64,000 nt of DNA from Bugula neritina. Lineage: Eukaryota > Animalia > Bryozoa. Shown piece after piece: positions 24,401 to 39,400 of the stretch. A program made the position numbers and the translations under genes. The number at the start of each line of letters is the position of its first letter. The stretch's first letter is position 1. The DNA is taken from assembly GCA_964035545.1 (NCBI GenBank), contig CAXIUT010000103.1, positions 62,001 through 126,000 of the forward strand, in the 5' to 3' direction. The notes beneath the pieces are model-generated. The model did no database searches and had not been told where the DNA came from. It saw nothing but the letters and a program-made list of their open reading frames with translations.

Positions 24401-27400
24401 ATTATTCATTGTTGAGATTCACGACTGCCATAAACAATGATAAAATATTCATTGTTGGTACTACTGAGTAGAATAAAATATAATATAATATTATTTTCTG
24501 GACAAATAAATAATATCAAATGCATATTATAACTTACCATTAATCTACAGTGCTTCACATCTTCACTTTTTTCTGCAATGTTATTTCTTTGCAGTTAGAA
24601 GTACTAGTTGAAAATATGACTATGAAACATAACCCTTCAATTTCATTGCACCAGCACCAGTTGCAAGATAGGTGTGTTGGGAGTTATCCTTCCCAAAAGT
24701 TTTGTTCTTGGTGTTTATACGAAGCAGACACAGGCTAATATTAGTTTTGTTATTTGTAAGAGTTTTTCTGTCTGATTGTCCATCAGCAAAGTTTGGCCTT
24801 GCAGTTATTATGGAAATACCAGTGATGCTGGAAGACCTTTGCATTGTACACCCGCCTTTACTATTGAATTTAGATGTTTTATTTTCCCATCCCCTCTCCT
24901 GCCCCCCTGTCCCCTCTAACAACCAGCAATCCTGACTCATGTGAATTGTGTTATTGTTCTAGAGTTGGCCCATGGGCCTACAGTATACGATTTGAAGCTT
25001 TATAGTTTACAGGCAGTGGAGATGAGTCACTGCTAAAACCCATTTTGTTAGTAGACTATGTTGCTCTTCAATCATCAGTTTTCATATTAAAAGAGAAAGC
25101 TCATCTGCAGCGCCATTTCACAGTGTTTTATTTTGCTAGAGCAATAACTAATTTTAGATGCCTTTGCAAACATATGAGAAATAAATGAGTCATTCTATGA
25201 AACGAGGTGTTTGCAGCAATTGTCCACTTTTGATTTACAAGCGGCATGGAAACTTTTGTAGTTTTAAATAATATCTCCAAACTCATCACTTGCATGTGTT
25301 TATAGACTTGATAAATTTTTTTATGCAAAACTTGATGCCTGCTTCAAAGACACCAGTGCTTAATTACTGTGTTAACTGTATTGGCACGTTGCCATGAGAT
25401 ATTTGGTAATATTTCGCATCACAACAAACTCTTCAGAAAGTTAAGAAAATCAGTCTAGAAAGTTAATGAAATAAACCTACCAGAAAGAGTAAGCCAGATG
25501 TAACAAGTAGATCCAAAACAAGTTGATTAACAATTGAAGTTGAAATCTCCATGTAGTCAACACTTTAGTCCTAATGTCAAATGCAAACGTCTGCAACCAA
25601 ACTGTGTAGACTTCATGAGCTGGTTAGCTGAAAGGACTCATTAAAGTTCTTAACTCTTGTGTGTATAGTGATGCCCATCTTGAACTAGAGAGGGCTGACT
25701 GAAGACTGCTACTTTGTGAAAATTGACAATGCATATTATTATTATTCATTGTTGAGATTCACGACTGCCATAAACAATGATAAAATATTCATTGTTGGTA
25801 CTACTGAGTAGAATAAAATATAATATAATATTATTTTCTGGACAAATAAATAATATCAAATGCATATTATAACTTACCATTAATCTACAGTGCTTCACAT
25901 CTTCACTTTTTTCTGCAATGTTATTTCTTTGCAGTTAGAAGTACTAGTTGAAAATATGACTATGAAACATAACCCTTCAATTTCATTGCACCAGCACCAG
26001 TTGCAAGATAGGTGTGTTGGGAGTTATCCTTCCCAAAAGTTTTGTTCTTGGTGTTTATACGAAGCAGACACAAGCTAATATTAGTTTTGTTATTTGTAAG
26101 AGTTTTTCTGTCTGATTGTCCATCAGCAAAGTTTGGCCTTGCAGTTATTATGGAAATACCAGTGATGCTGGAAGACCTTTGCATTGTACACCCGCCTTTA
26201 CTATTGAATTTAGATGTTTTATTTTCCCATCCCCTCTCCTGCCCCCCTGTCCCCTCTAACAACCAGCAATCCTGACTCATGTGAATTGTGTTATTGTTCT
26301 AGAGTTGGCCCATGGGCCTACAGTATACGATTTGAAGCTTTATAGTTTACAGGCAGTGGAGATGAGTCACTGCTAAAACCCATTTTGTTAGTAGACTATG
26401 TTGCTCTTCAATCATCAGTTTTCATATTAAAAGAGAAAGCTCATCTGCAGCGCCATTTCACAGTGCTTTATTTTGCTAGAGCAATAACTAATTTTAGATG
26501 CCTTTGCAAACATATGAGAAATAAATGAGTCATTCTATGAAAAGAGGTGTTTGCAGCAATTGTCCACTTTTGATTTACAAGCGGCATGGAAACTTTTGTA
26601 GTTTTAAATAACATCTCCAAACTCATCACTTGCATGTGTTTATAGACTTGATAAAGTTTTTTATGCAAAACTTGATGCCTGCTTCAAAGACACCAGTGCT
26701 TAATTACTGTGTTAACTGTATTGGCACGTTGCCATGAGATATTTGGCAATATTTCGCATCACAACAAACTCTTCAGAAAGTTAAGAAAATCAGTCTAGAA
26801 AGTTAATGAAATAAACCTACCAGAAAGAGTAAACCAGATGTAACAAGTAGATCCAAAACAATTAGTTGATTAACAATTGAAGTTGAAATCTCCATGTAGT
26901 CAACACTTTAGTCCTAATGTCAAATGCAAACGTCTGCAACCAAACTGTGTAGACTTCATGAGCTGGTTAGCTGAAAGGACTCATTAAAGTTCTTAACTCT
27001 TGTGTGTATAGTGATGCCCATCTTGAACTAGAGAGGGCTGACTGAAGACTGCTACTTTGTGAAAATTGACAATGTATATTATTATTATTCATTGTTGAGA
27101 TTCACGACTGCCATAAACAATGATAAAATATTCATTGTTGGTACTACTGAGTAGAATAAAATATAATATAATATTATTTTCTGGACAGATAAATAATATC
27201 AAATGCATATTATAACTTACCATAAATCTACAGTGCTTCACATCTTCACCTTTTTCTGCAATGTTATTTCTTTGCAGTTAGAAGTACTAGCTGAATATAT
27301 GACTATGAAACATAACCCTTCAATTTCATTGCACCAGCATCAGTTGCAAGATAGGTGTGTTGGGAGTTATCTTTCCCAAAATTTTGTTCTTGGTGTTTAT

Positions 27401-30400
27401 ACGAAGCAGACACAGGCTAATATTAGTTTTGTTATTTGCAAGAGTTTTTCTGTCTGATTGTCCATCAGCAAAAATTTGGCCTTGCAGTTATTATGGAAAT
27501 ACCCGTGATGCTGGAAGACCTTTGCATTGTACACCCGCCTTTACTATTGAATTTAGATGTTTTATTTTCCCATCCTCTCTCCTGCCCCCCTGTCCCCTCT
27601 AACAACCAGCAATCCTGACTCATGTGAATTGTGTTATTGTTCTAGAGTTGGCCCATGGGCCTACAGTATACGATTTGAAGCTTTATAGTTTACAGGCAGT
27701 GGAGATGAGTCACTGCTAAAACCCATTTTGTTAGTAGACTATGTTGCTCTTCAATCATCAGTTTTCATATTAAAAGAGAAAGCTCATCTGCAGCGCCATT
27801 TCACAGTGTTATATTTTGCTAGAGCAATAACTAATTTTAGATGCCTTTGCAAACATATGAGAAATAAATGAGTCATTCTATGAAACGAGGTGTTTGCAGC
27901 AATTGTCCACTTTTGATTTACAAGCGGCATGGAAACTTTTGTAGTTTTAAATAATATCTCCAAACTCATCACTTGCATGTGTTTATAGACTTGATAAATT
28001 TTTTTATGCAAAACTTGATGCCTGCTTCAAAGACACCAGTGCTTAATTACTGTGTTAACTGTATTGGCACGTTGCCATGAGATATTTGGTAATATTTCGC
28101 ATCACAACAAACTCTTCAGAAAGTTAAGAAAATCAGTCTAGAAAGTTAATGAAATAAACCTACCAGAAAGAGTAAGCCAGATGTAACAAGTAGATCCAAA
28201 ACAAGTTGATTAACAATTGAAGTTGAAATCTCCATGTAGTCAACACTTTAGTCCTAATGTCAAATGCAAACGTCTGCAACCAAACTGTGTAGACTTCATG
28301 AGCTGGTTAGCTGAAAGGACTCATTAAAGTTCTTAACTCTTGTGTGTATAGTGATGCCCATCTTGAACTAGAGAGGGCTGACTGAAGACTGCTACTTTGT
28401 GAAAATTGACAATGCATATTATTATTATTCATTGTTGAGATTCACGACTGCCATAAACAATGATAAAATATTCATTGTTGGTACTACTGAGTAGAATAAA
28501 ATATAATATAATATTATTTTCTGGACAAATAAATAATATCAAATGCATATTATAACTTACCATTAATCTACAGTGCTTCACATCTTCACTTTTTTCTGCA
28601 ATGTTATTTCTTTGCAGTTAGAAGTACTAGTTGAAAATATGACTATGAAACATAACCCTTCAATTTCATTGCACCAGCACCAGTTGCAAGATAGGTGTGT
28701 TGGGAGTTATCCTTCCCAAAAGTTTTGTTCTTGGTGTTTATACGAAGCAGACACAAGCTAATATTAGTTTTGTTATTTGTAAGAGTTTTTCTGTCTGATT
28801 GTCCATCAGCAAAGTTTGGCCTTGCAGTTATTATGGAAATACCAGTGATGCTGGAAGACCTTTGCATTGTACACCCGCCTTTACTATTGAATTTAGATGT
28901 TTTATTTTCCCATCCCCTCTCCTGCCCCCCTGTCCCCTCTAACAACCAGCAATCCTGACTCATGTGAATTGTGTTATTGTTCTAGAGTTGGCCCATGGGC
29001 CTACAGTATACGATTTGAAGCTTTATAGTTTACAGGCAGTGGAGATGAGTCACTGCTAAAACCCATTTTGTTAGTAGACTATGTTGCTCTTCAATCATCA
29101 GTTTTCATATTAAAAGAGAAAGCTCATCTGCAGCGCCATTTCACAGTGCTTTATTTTGCTAGAGCAATAACTAATTTTAGATGCCTTTGCAAACATATGA
29201 GAAATAAATGAGTCATTCTATGAAAAGAGGTGTTTGCAGCAATTGTCCACTTTTGATTTACAAGCGGCATGGAAACTTTTGTAGTTTTAAATAACATCTC
29301 CAAACTCATCACTTGCATGTGTTTATAGACTTGATAAAGTTTTTTATGCAAAACTTGATGCCTGCTTCAAAGACACCAGTGCTTAATTACTGTGTTAACT
29401 GTATTGGCACGTTGCCATGAGATATTTGGCAATATTTCGCATCACAACAAACTCTTCAGAAAGTTAAGAAAATCAGTCTAGAAAGTTAATGAAATAAACC
29501 TACCAGAAAGAGTAAACCAGATGTAACAAGTAGATCCAAAACAATTAGTTGATTAACAATTGAAGTTGAAATCTCCATGTAGTCAACACTTTAGTCCTAA
29601 TGTCAAATGCAAACGTCTGCAACCAAACTGTGTAGACTTCATGAGCTGGTTAGCTGAAAGGACTCATTAAAGTTCTTAACTCTTGTGTGTATAGTGATGC
29701 CCATCTTGAACTAGAGAGGGCTGACTGAAGACTGCTACTTTGTGAAAATTGACAATGCATATTATTATTATTCATTGTTGAGATTCACGACTGCCATAAA
29801 CAATGATAAAATATTCATTGTTGGTACTACTGAGTAGAATAAAATATAATATAATATTATTTTCTGGACAAATAAATAATATCAAATGCATATTATAACT
29901 TACCATTAATCTACAGTGCTTCACATCTTCACTTTTTTCTGCAATGTTATTTCTTTGCAGTTAGAAGTACTAGTTGAAAATATGACTATGAAACATAACC
30001 CTTCAATTTCATTGCACCAGCACCAGTTGCAAGATAGGTGTGTTGGGAGTTATCCTTCCCAAAAGTTTTGTTCTTGGTGTTTATACGAAGCAGACACAAG
30101 CTAATATTAGTTTTGTTATTTGTAAGAGTTTTTCTGTCTGATTGTCCATCAGCAAAGTTTGGCCTTGCAGTTATTATGGAAATACCAGTGATGCTGGAAG
30201 ACCTTTGCATTGTACACCCGCCTTTACTATTGAATTTAGATGTTTTATTTTCCCATCCCCTCTCCTGCCCCCCTGTCCCCTCTAACAACCAGCAATCCTG
30301 ACTCATGTGAATTGTGTTATTGTTCTAGAGTTGGCCCATGGGCCTACAGTATACGATTTGAAGCTTTATAGTTTACAGGCAGTGGAGATGAGTCACTGCT

Positions 30401-33400
30401 AAAACCCATTTTGTTAGTAGACTATGTTGCTCTTCAATCATCAGTTTTCATATTAAAAGAGAAAGCTCATCTGCAGCGCCATTTCACAGTGCTTTATTTT
30501 GCTAGAGCAATAACTAATTTTAGATGCCTTTGCAAACATATGAGAAATAAATGAGTCATTCTATGAAAAGAGGTGTTTGCAGCAATTGTCCACTTTTGAT
30601 TTACAAGCGGCATGGAAACTTTTGTAGTTTTAAATAATATCTCCAAACTCATCACTTGCATGTGTTTATAGACTTGATAAAGTTTTTTATGCAAAACTTG
30701 ATGCCTGCTTCAAAGACACCAGTGCTTAATTACTGTGTTAACTGTATTGGCACGTTGCCATGAGATATTTGGTAATATTTCGCATCACAACAAACTCTTC
30801 AGAAAGTTAAGAAAATCAGTCTAGAAAGTTAATGAAATAAACCTACCAGAAAGAGTAAGCCAGATGTAACAAGTAGATCCAAAACAAGTTGATTAACAAT
30901 TGAAGTTGAAATCTCCATGTAGTCAACACTTTAGTCCTAATGTCAAATGCAAACGTCTGCAACCAAACTGTGTAGACTTCATGAGCTGGTTAGCTGAAAG
31001 GACTCATTAAAGTTCTTAACTCTTGTGTGTATAGTGATGCCCATCTTGAACTAGAGAGGGCTGACTGAAGACTGCTACTTTGTGAAAATTGACAATGCAT
31101 ATTATTATTATTCATTGTTGAGATTCACGACTGCCATAAACAATGATAAAATATTCATTGTTGGTACTACTGAGTAGAATAAAATATAATATAATATTAT
31201 TTTCTGGACAAATAAATAATATCAAATGCATATTATAACTTACCATTAATCTACAGTGCTTCACATCTTCACTTTTTTCTGCAATGTTATTTCTTTGCAG
31301 TTAGAAGTACTAGTTGAAAATATGACTATGAAACATAACCCTTCAATTTCATTGCACCAGCACCAGTTGCAAGATAGGTGTGTTGGGAGTTATCCTTCCC
31401 AAAAGTTTTGTTCTTGGTGTTTATACGAAGCAGACACAAGCTAATATTAGTTTTGTTATTTGTAAGAGTTTTTCTGTCTGATTGTCCATCAGCAAAGTTT
31501 GGCCTTGCAGTTATTATGGAAATACCAGTGATGCTGGAAGACCTTTGCATTGTACACCCGCCTTTACTATTGAATTTAGATGTTTTATTTTCCCATCCCC
31601 TCTCCTGCCCCCCTGTCCCCTCTAACAACCAGCAATCCTGACTCATGTGAATTGTGTTATTGTTCTAGAGTTGGCCCATGGGCCTACAGTATACGATTTG
31701 AAGCTTTATAGTTTACAGGCAGTGGAGATGAGTCACTGCTAAAACCCATTTTGTTAGTAGACTATGTTGCTCTTCAATCATCAGTTTTCATATTAAAAGA
31801 GAAAGCTCATCTGCAGCGCCATTTCACAGTGCTTTATTTTGCTAGAGCAATAACTAATTTTAGATGCCTTTGCAAACATATGAGAAATAAATGAGTCATT
31901 CTATGAAAAGAGGTGTTTGCAGCAATTGTCCACTTTTGATTTACAAGCGGCATGGAAACTTTTGTAGTTTTAAATAACATCTCCAAACTCATCACTTGCA
32001 TGTGTTTATAGACTTGATAAAGTTTTTTATGCAAAACTTGATGCCTGCTTCAAAGACACCAGTGCTTAATTACTGTGTTAACTGTATTGGCACGTTGCCA
32101 TGAGATATTTGGCAATATTTCGCATCACAACAAACTCTTCAGAAAGTTAAGAAAATCAGTCTAGAAAGTTAATGAAATAAACCTACCAGAAAGAGTAAAC
32201 CAGATGTAACAAGTAGATCCAAAACAATTAGTTGATTAACAATTGAAGTTGAAATCTCCATGTAGTCAACACTTTAGTCCTAATGTCAAATGCAAACGTC
32301 TGCAACCAAACTGTGTAGACTTCATGAGCTGGTTAGCTGAAAGGACTCATTAAAGTTCTTAACTCTTGTGTGTATAGTGATGCCCATCTTGAACTAGAGA
32401 GGGCTGACTGAAGACTGCTACTTTGTGAAAATTGACAATGCATATTATTATTATTCATTGTTGAGATTCACGACTGCCATAAACAATGATAAAATATTCA
32501 TTGTTGGTACTACTGAGTAGAATAAAATATAATATAATATTATTTTCTGGACAAATAAATAATATCAAATGCATATTATAACTTACCATTAATCTACAGT
32601 GCTTCACATCTTCACTTTTTTCTGCAATGTTATTTCTTTGCAGTTAGAAGTACTAGTTGAAAATATGACTATGAAACATAACCCTTCAATTTCATTGCAC
32701 CAGCACCAGTTGCAAGATAGGTGTGTTGGGAGTTATCCTTCCCAAAAGTTTTGTTCTTGGTGTTTATACGAAGCAGACACAAGCTAATATTAGTTTTGTT
32801 ATTTGTAAGAGTTTTTCTGTCTGATTGTCCATCAGCAAAGTTTGGCCTTGCAGTTATTATGGAAATACCAGTGATGCTGGAAGACCTTTGCATTGTACAC
32901 CCGCCTTTACTATTGAATTTAGATGTTTTATTTTCCCATCCCCTCTCCTGCCCCCCTGTCCCCTCTAACAACCAGCAATCCTGACTCATGTGAATTGTGT
33001 TATTGTTCTAGAGTTGGCCCATGGGCCTACAGTATACGATTTGAAGCTTTATAGTTTACAGGCAGTGGAGATGAGTCACTGCTAAAACCCATTTTGTTAG
33101 TAGACTATGTTGCTCTTCAATCATCAGTTTTCATATTAAAAGAGAAAGCTCATCTGCAGCGCCATTTCACAGTGCTTTATTTTGCTAGAGCAATAACTAA
33201 TTTTAGATGCCTTTGCAAACATATGAGAAATAAATGAGTCATTCTATGAAAAGAGGTGTTTGCAGCAATTGTCCACTTTTGATTTACAAGCGGCATGGAA
33301 ACTTTTGTAGTTTTAAATAACATCTCCAAACTCATCACTTGCATGTGTTTATAGACTTGATAAAGTTTTTTATGCAAAACTTGATGCCTGCTTCAAAGAC

Positions 33401-36400
33401 ACCAGTGCTTAATTACTGTGTTAACTGTATTGGCACGTTGCCATGAGATATTTGGCAATATTTCGCATCACAACAAACTCTTCAGAAAGTTAAGAAAATC
33501 AGTCTAGAAAGTTAATGAAATAAACCTACCAGAAAGAGTAAACCAGATGTAACAAGTAGATCCAAAACAATTAGTTGATTAACAATTGAAGTTGAAATCT
33601 CCATGTAGTCAACACTTTAGTCCTAATGTCAAATGCAAACGTCTGCAACCAAACTGTGTAGACTTCATGAGCTGGTTAGCTGAAAGGACTCATTAAAGTT
33701 CTTAACTCTTGTGTGTATAGTGATGCCCATCTTGAACTAGAGAGGGCTGACTGAAGACTGCTACTTTGTGAAAATTGACAATGTATATTATTATTATTCA
33801 TTGTTGAGATTCACGACTGCCATAAACAATGATAAAATATTCATTGTTGGTACTACTGAGTAGAATAAAATATAATATAATATTATTTTCTGGACAGATA
33901 AATAATATCAAATGCATATTATAACTTACCATAAATCTACAGTGCTTCACATCTTCACCTTTTTCTGCAATGTTATTTCTTTGCAGTTAGAAGTACTAGC
34001 TGAATATATGACTATGAAACATAACCCTTCAATTTCATTGCACCAGCATCAGTTGCAAGATAGGTGTGTTGGGAGTTATCTTTCCCAAAATTTTGTTCTT
34101 GGTGTTTATACGAAGCAGACACAGGCTATTATTAGTTTTGTTATTTGCAAGAGTTTTTCTGTCTGATTGTCCATCAGCAAAAATTTGGCCTTGCAGTTAT
34201 TATGGAAATACCCGTGATGCTGGAAGACCTTTGCATTGTACACCCGCCTTTACTATTGAATTTAGATGTTTTATTTTCCCATCCCCTCTCCTGCCCCCCT
34301 GTCCCCTCTAACAACCAGCAATCCTGACTCATGTGAATTGTGTTATTGTTCTAGAGTTGGCCCATGGGCCTACAGTATACGATTTGAAGCTTTATAGTTT
34401 ACAGGCAGTGGAGATGAGTCACTGCTAAAACCCATTTTGTTAGTAGACTATGTTGCTCTTCAATCATCAGTTTTCATATTAAAAGAGAAAGCTCATCTGC
34501 AGCGCCATTTCACAGTGTTATATTTTGCTAGAGCAATAACTAATTTTAGATGCCTTTGCAAACATATGAGAAATAAATGAGTCATTCTATGAAAAGAGGT
34601 GTTTGCAGCAATTGTCCACTTTTGATTTACAAGCGGCATGGAAACTTTTGTAGTTTTAAATAATATCTCCAAACTCATCACTTGCATGTGTTTATAGACT
34701 TGATAAATTTTTTTATGCAAAACTTGATGCCTGCTTCAAAGATACCAGTGCTTAATTACTGTGTTAACTGTATTGGCACGTTGCCATGAGATATTTGGTA
34801 ATATTTCGCATCACAACAAACTCTTCAGAAAGTTAAGAAAATCAGTCTAGAAAGTTAATGAAATAAACCTACCAGAAAGAGTAAGTCAGATGTAACAAGT
34901 AGATCCAAAACAATTAGTTGATTAACAATTGAAGTTGAAATCTCCATGTAGTCAACACTTTAGTCCTAATGTCAAATGCAAACGTCTGCAACCAAACTGT
35001 GTAGACTTCATGAGCTGGTTAGCTGAAAGGACTCATTAAAGTTCTTAACTCTTGTGTGTATAGTGATGCCCATCTTGAACTAGAGAGGGCTGACTGAAGA
35101 CTGCTACTTTGTGAAAATTGACAATGCATATTATTATTATTCATTGTTGAGATTCACGACTGCCATAAACAATGATAAAATATTCATTGTTGGTACTACT
35201 GAGTAGAATAAAATATAATATAATATTATTTTCTGGACAAATAAATAATATCAAATGCATATTATAACTTACCATTAATCTACAGTGCTTCACATCTTCA
35301 CTTTTTTCTGCAATGTTATTTCTTTGCAGTTAGAAGTACTAGTTGAAAATATGACTATGAAACATAACCCTTCAATTTCGTTGCACCAGCACCAGTTGCA
35401 AGATAGGTGTGTTGGGAGTTATCCTTCCCAAAAGTTTTGTTCTTGGTGTTTATACGAAGCAGACACAGGCTAATATTAGTTTTGTTATTTGCAAGAGTTT
35501 TTCTGTCTGATTGTCCATCAGCAAAGTTTGGCCTTGCAGTTATTATGGAAATACCAGTGATGCTGGAAGACCTTTGCATTGTACACCCGCCTTTACTATT
35601 GAATTTAGATGTTTTATTTTCCCATCCCCTCTCCTGCCCCCCTGTCCCCTCTAACAACCAGCAATCCTGACTCATGTGAATTGTGTTATTGTTCTAGAGT
35701 TGGCCCATGGGCCTACAGTATACGATTTGAAGCTTTATAGTTTACAGGCAGTGGAGATGAGTCACTGCTAAAACCCATTTTGTTAGTAGACTATGTTGCT
35801 CTTCAATCATCAGTTTTCATATTAAAAGAGAAAGCTCATCTGCAGCGCCATTTCACAGTGTTTTATTTTGCTAGAGCAATAACTAATTTTAGATGCCTTT
35901 GCAAACATATGAGAAATAAATGAGTCATTCTATGAAACGAGGTGTTTGCAGCAATTGTCCACTATTGATTTACAAGCGGCATGGAAACTTTTGTAGTTTT
36001 AAATAATATCTCCAAACTCATCACTTGCATGTGTTTATAGACTTGATAAAGTTTTTTATGCAAAACTTGATGCCTGCTTCAAAGACACCAGTGCTTAATT
36101 ACTGTGTTAACTGTATTGGCACGTTGCCATGAGATATTTGGTAATATTTCGCATCACAACAAACTCTTCAGAAAGTTAAGAAAATCAGTCTAGAAAGTTA
36201 ATGAAATAAACCTACCAGAAAGAGTAAGCCAGATGTAACAAGTAGATCCAAAACAATTAGTTGATTAACAATTGAAGTTGAAATCTCCATGTAGTCAACA
36301 CTTTAGTCCTAATGTCAAATGCAAACGTCTGCAACCAAACGGTGTAGACTTCATGAGCTGGTTAGCTGAAAGGACTCATTAAAGTTCTTAACTCTTGTGT

Positions 36401-39400
36401 GTATAGTGATGCCCATCTTGAACTAGAGAGGGCTGACTGAAGACTGCTACTTTGTGAAAATTGACAATGCATATTATTATTATTCATTGTTGAGATTCAC
36501 GACTGCCATAAACAATGATAAAATATTCATTGTTGGTACTACTGAGTAGAATAAAATATAATATAATATTATTTTCTGGACAAATAAATAATATCAAATG
36601 CATATTATAACTTACCATTAATCTACAGTGCTTCACATCTTCACTTTTTTCTGCAATGTTATTTCTTTGCAGTTAGAAGTACTAGTTGAAAATATGACTA
36701 TGAAACATAACCCTTCAATTTCATTGCACCAGCACCAGTTGCAAGATAGGTGTGTTGGGAGTTATCCTTCCCAAAAGTTTTGTTCTTGGTGTTTATACGA
36801 AGCAGACACAGGCTAATATTAGTTTTGTTATTTGTAAGAGTTTTTCTGTCTGATTGTCCATCAGCAAAGTTTGGCCTTGCAGTTATTATGGAAATACCAG
36901 TGATGCTGGAAGACCTTTGCATTGTACACCCGCCTTTACTATTGAATTTAGATGTTTTATTTTCCCATCCCCTCTCCTGCCCCCCTGTCCCCTCTAACAA
37001 CCAGCAATCCTGACTCATGTGAATTGTGTTATTGTTCTAGAGTTGGCCCATGGGCCTACAGTATACGATTTGAAGCTTTATAGTTTACAGGCAGTGGAGA
37101 TGAGTCACTGCTAAAACCCATTTTGTTAGTAGACTATGTTGCTCTTCAATCATCAGTTTTCATATTAAAAGAGAAAGCTCATCTGCAGCGCCATTTCACA
37201 GTGTTTTATTTTGCTAGAGCAATAACTAATTTTAGATGCCTTTGCAAACATATGAGAAATAAATGAGTCATTCTATGAAACGAGGTGTTTGCAGCAATTG
37301 TCCACTTTTGATTTACAAGCGGCATGGAAACTTTTGTAGTTTTAAATAATATCTCCAAACTCATCACTTGCATGTGTTTATAGACTTGATAAATTTTTTT
37401 ATGCAAAACTTGATGCCTGCTTCAAAGACACCAGTGCTTAATTACTGTGTTAACTGTATTGGCACGTTGCCATGAGATATTTGGTAATATTTCGCATCAC
37501 AACAAACTCTTCAGAAAGTTAAGAAAATCAGTCTAGAAAGTTAATGAAATAAACCTACCAGAAAGAGTAAGCCAGATGTAACAAGTAGATCCAAAACAAG
37601 TTGATTAACAATTGAAGTTGAAATCTCCATGTAGTCAACACTTTAGTCCTAATGTCAAATGCAAACGTCTGCAACCAAACTGTGTAGACTTCATGAGCTG
37701 GTTAGCTGAAAGGACTCATTAAAGTTCTTAACTCTTGTGTGTATAGTGATGCCCATCTTGAACTAGAGAGGGCTGACTGAAGACTGCTACTTTGTGAAAA
37801 TTGACAATGCATATTATTATTATTCATTGTTGAGATTCACGACTGCCATAAACAATGATAAAATATTCATTGTTGGTACTACTGAGTAGAATAAAATATA
37901 ATATAATATTATTTTCTGGACAAATAAATAATATCAAATGCATATTATAACTTACCATTAATCTACAGTGCTTCACATCTTCACTTTTTTCTGCAATGTT
38001 ATTTCTTTGCAGTTAGAAGTACTAGTTGAAAATATGACTATGAAACATAACCCTTCAATTTCATTGCACCAGCACCAGTTGCAAGATAGGTGTGTTGGGA
38101 GTTATCCTTCCCAAAAATTTTGTTCTTGGTGTTTATACGAAGCAGACACAAGCTAATATTAGTTTTGTTATTTGTAAGAGTTTTTCTGTCTGATTGTCCA
38201 TCAGCAAAGTTTGGCCTTGCAGTTATTATGGAAATACCAGTGATGCTGGAAGACCTTTGCATTGTACACCCGCCTTTACTATTGAATTTAGATGTTTTAT
38301 TTTCCCATCCCCTCTCCTGCCCCCCTGTCCCCTCTAACAACCAGCAATCCTGACTCATGTGAATTGTGTTATTGTTCTAGAGTTGGCCCATGGGCCTACA
38401 GTATACGATTTGAAGCTTTATAGTTTACAGGCAGTGGAGATGAGTCACTGCTAAAACCCATTTTGTTAGTAGACTATGTTGCTCTTCAATCATCAGTTTT
38501 CATATTAAAAGAGAAAGCTCATCTGCAGCGCCATTTCACAGTGCTTTATTTTGCTAGAGCAATAACTAATTTTAGATGCCTTTGCAAACATATGAGAAAT
38601 AAATGAGTCATTCTATGAAAAGAGGTGTTTGCAGCAATTGTCCACTTTTGATTTACAAGCGGCATGGAAACTTTTGTAGTTTTAAATAACATCTCCAAAC
38701 TCATCACTTGCATGTGTTTATAGACTTGATAAAGTTTTTTATGCAAAACTTGATGCCTGCTTCAAAGACACCAGTGCTTAATTACTGTGTTAACTGTATT
38801 GGCACGTTGCCATGAGATATTTGGTAATATTTCGCATCACAACAAACTCTTCAGAAAGTTAAGAAAATCAGTCTAGAAAGTTAATGAAATAAACCTACCA
38901 GAAAGAGTAAGCCAGATGTAACAAGTAGATCCAAAACAATTAGTTGATTAACAATTGAAGTTGAAATCTCCATGTAGTCAACACTTTAGTCCTAATGTCA
39001 AATGCAAACGTCTGCAACCAAACTGTGTAGACTTCATGAGCTGGTTAGCTGAAAGGACTCATTAAAGTTCTTAACTCTTGTGTGTATAGTGATGCCCATC
39101 TTGAACTAGAGAGGGCTGACTGAAGACTGCTACTTTGTGAAAATTGACAATGCATATTATTATTATTCATTGTTGAGATTCACGACTGCCATAAACAATG
39201 ATAAAATATTCATTGTTGGTACTACTGAGTAGAATAAAATATAATATAATATTATTTTCTGGACAGATAAATAATATCAAATGCATATTATAACTTACCA
39301 TAAATCTACAGTGCTTCACATCTTCACTTTTTTCTGCAATGTTATTTCTTTGCAGTTAGAAGTACTAGCTGAATATATGACTATGAAACATAACCCTTCA

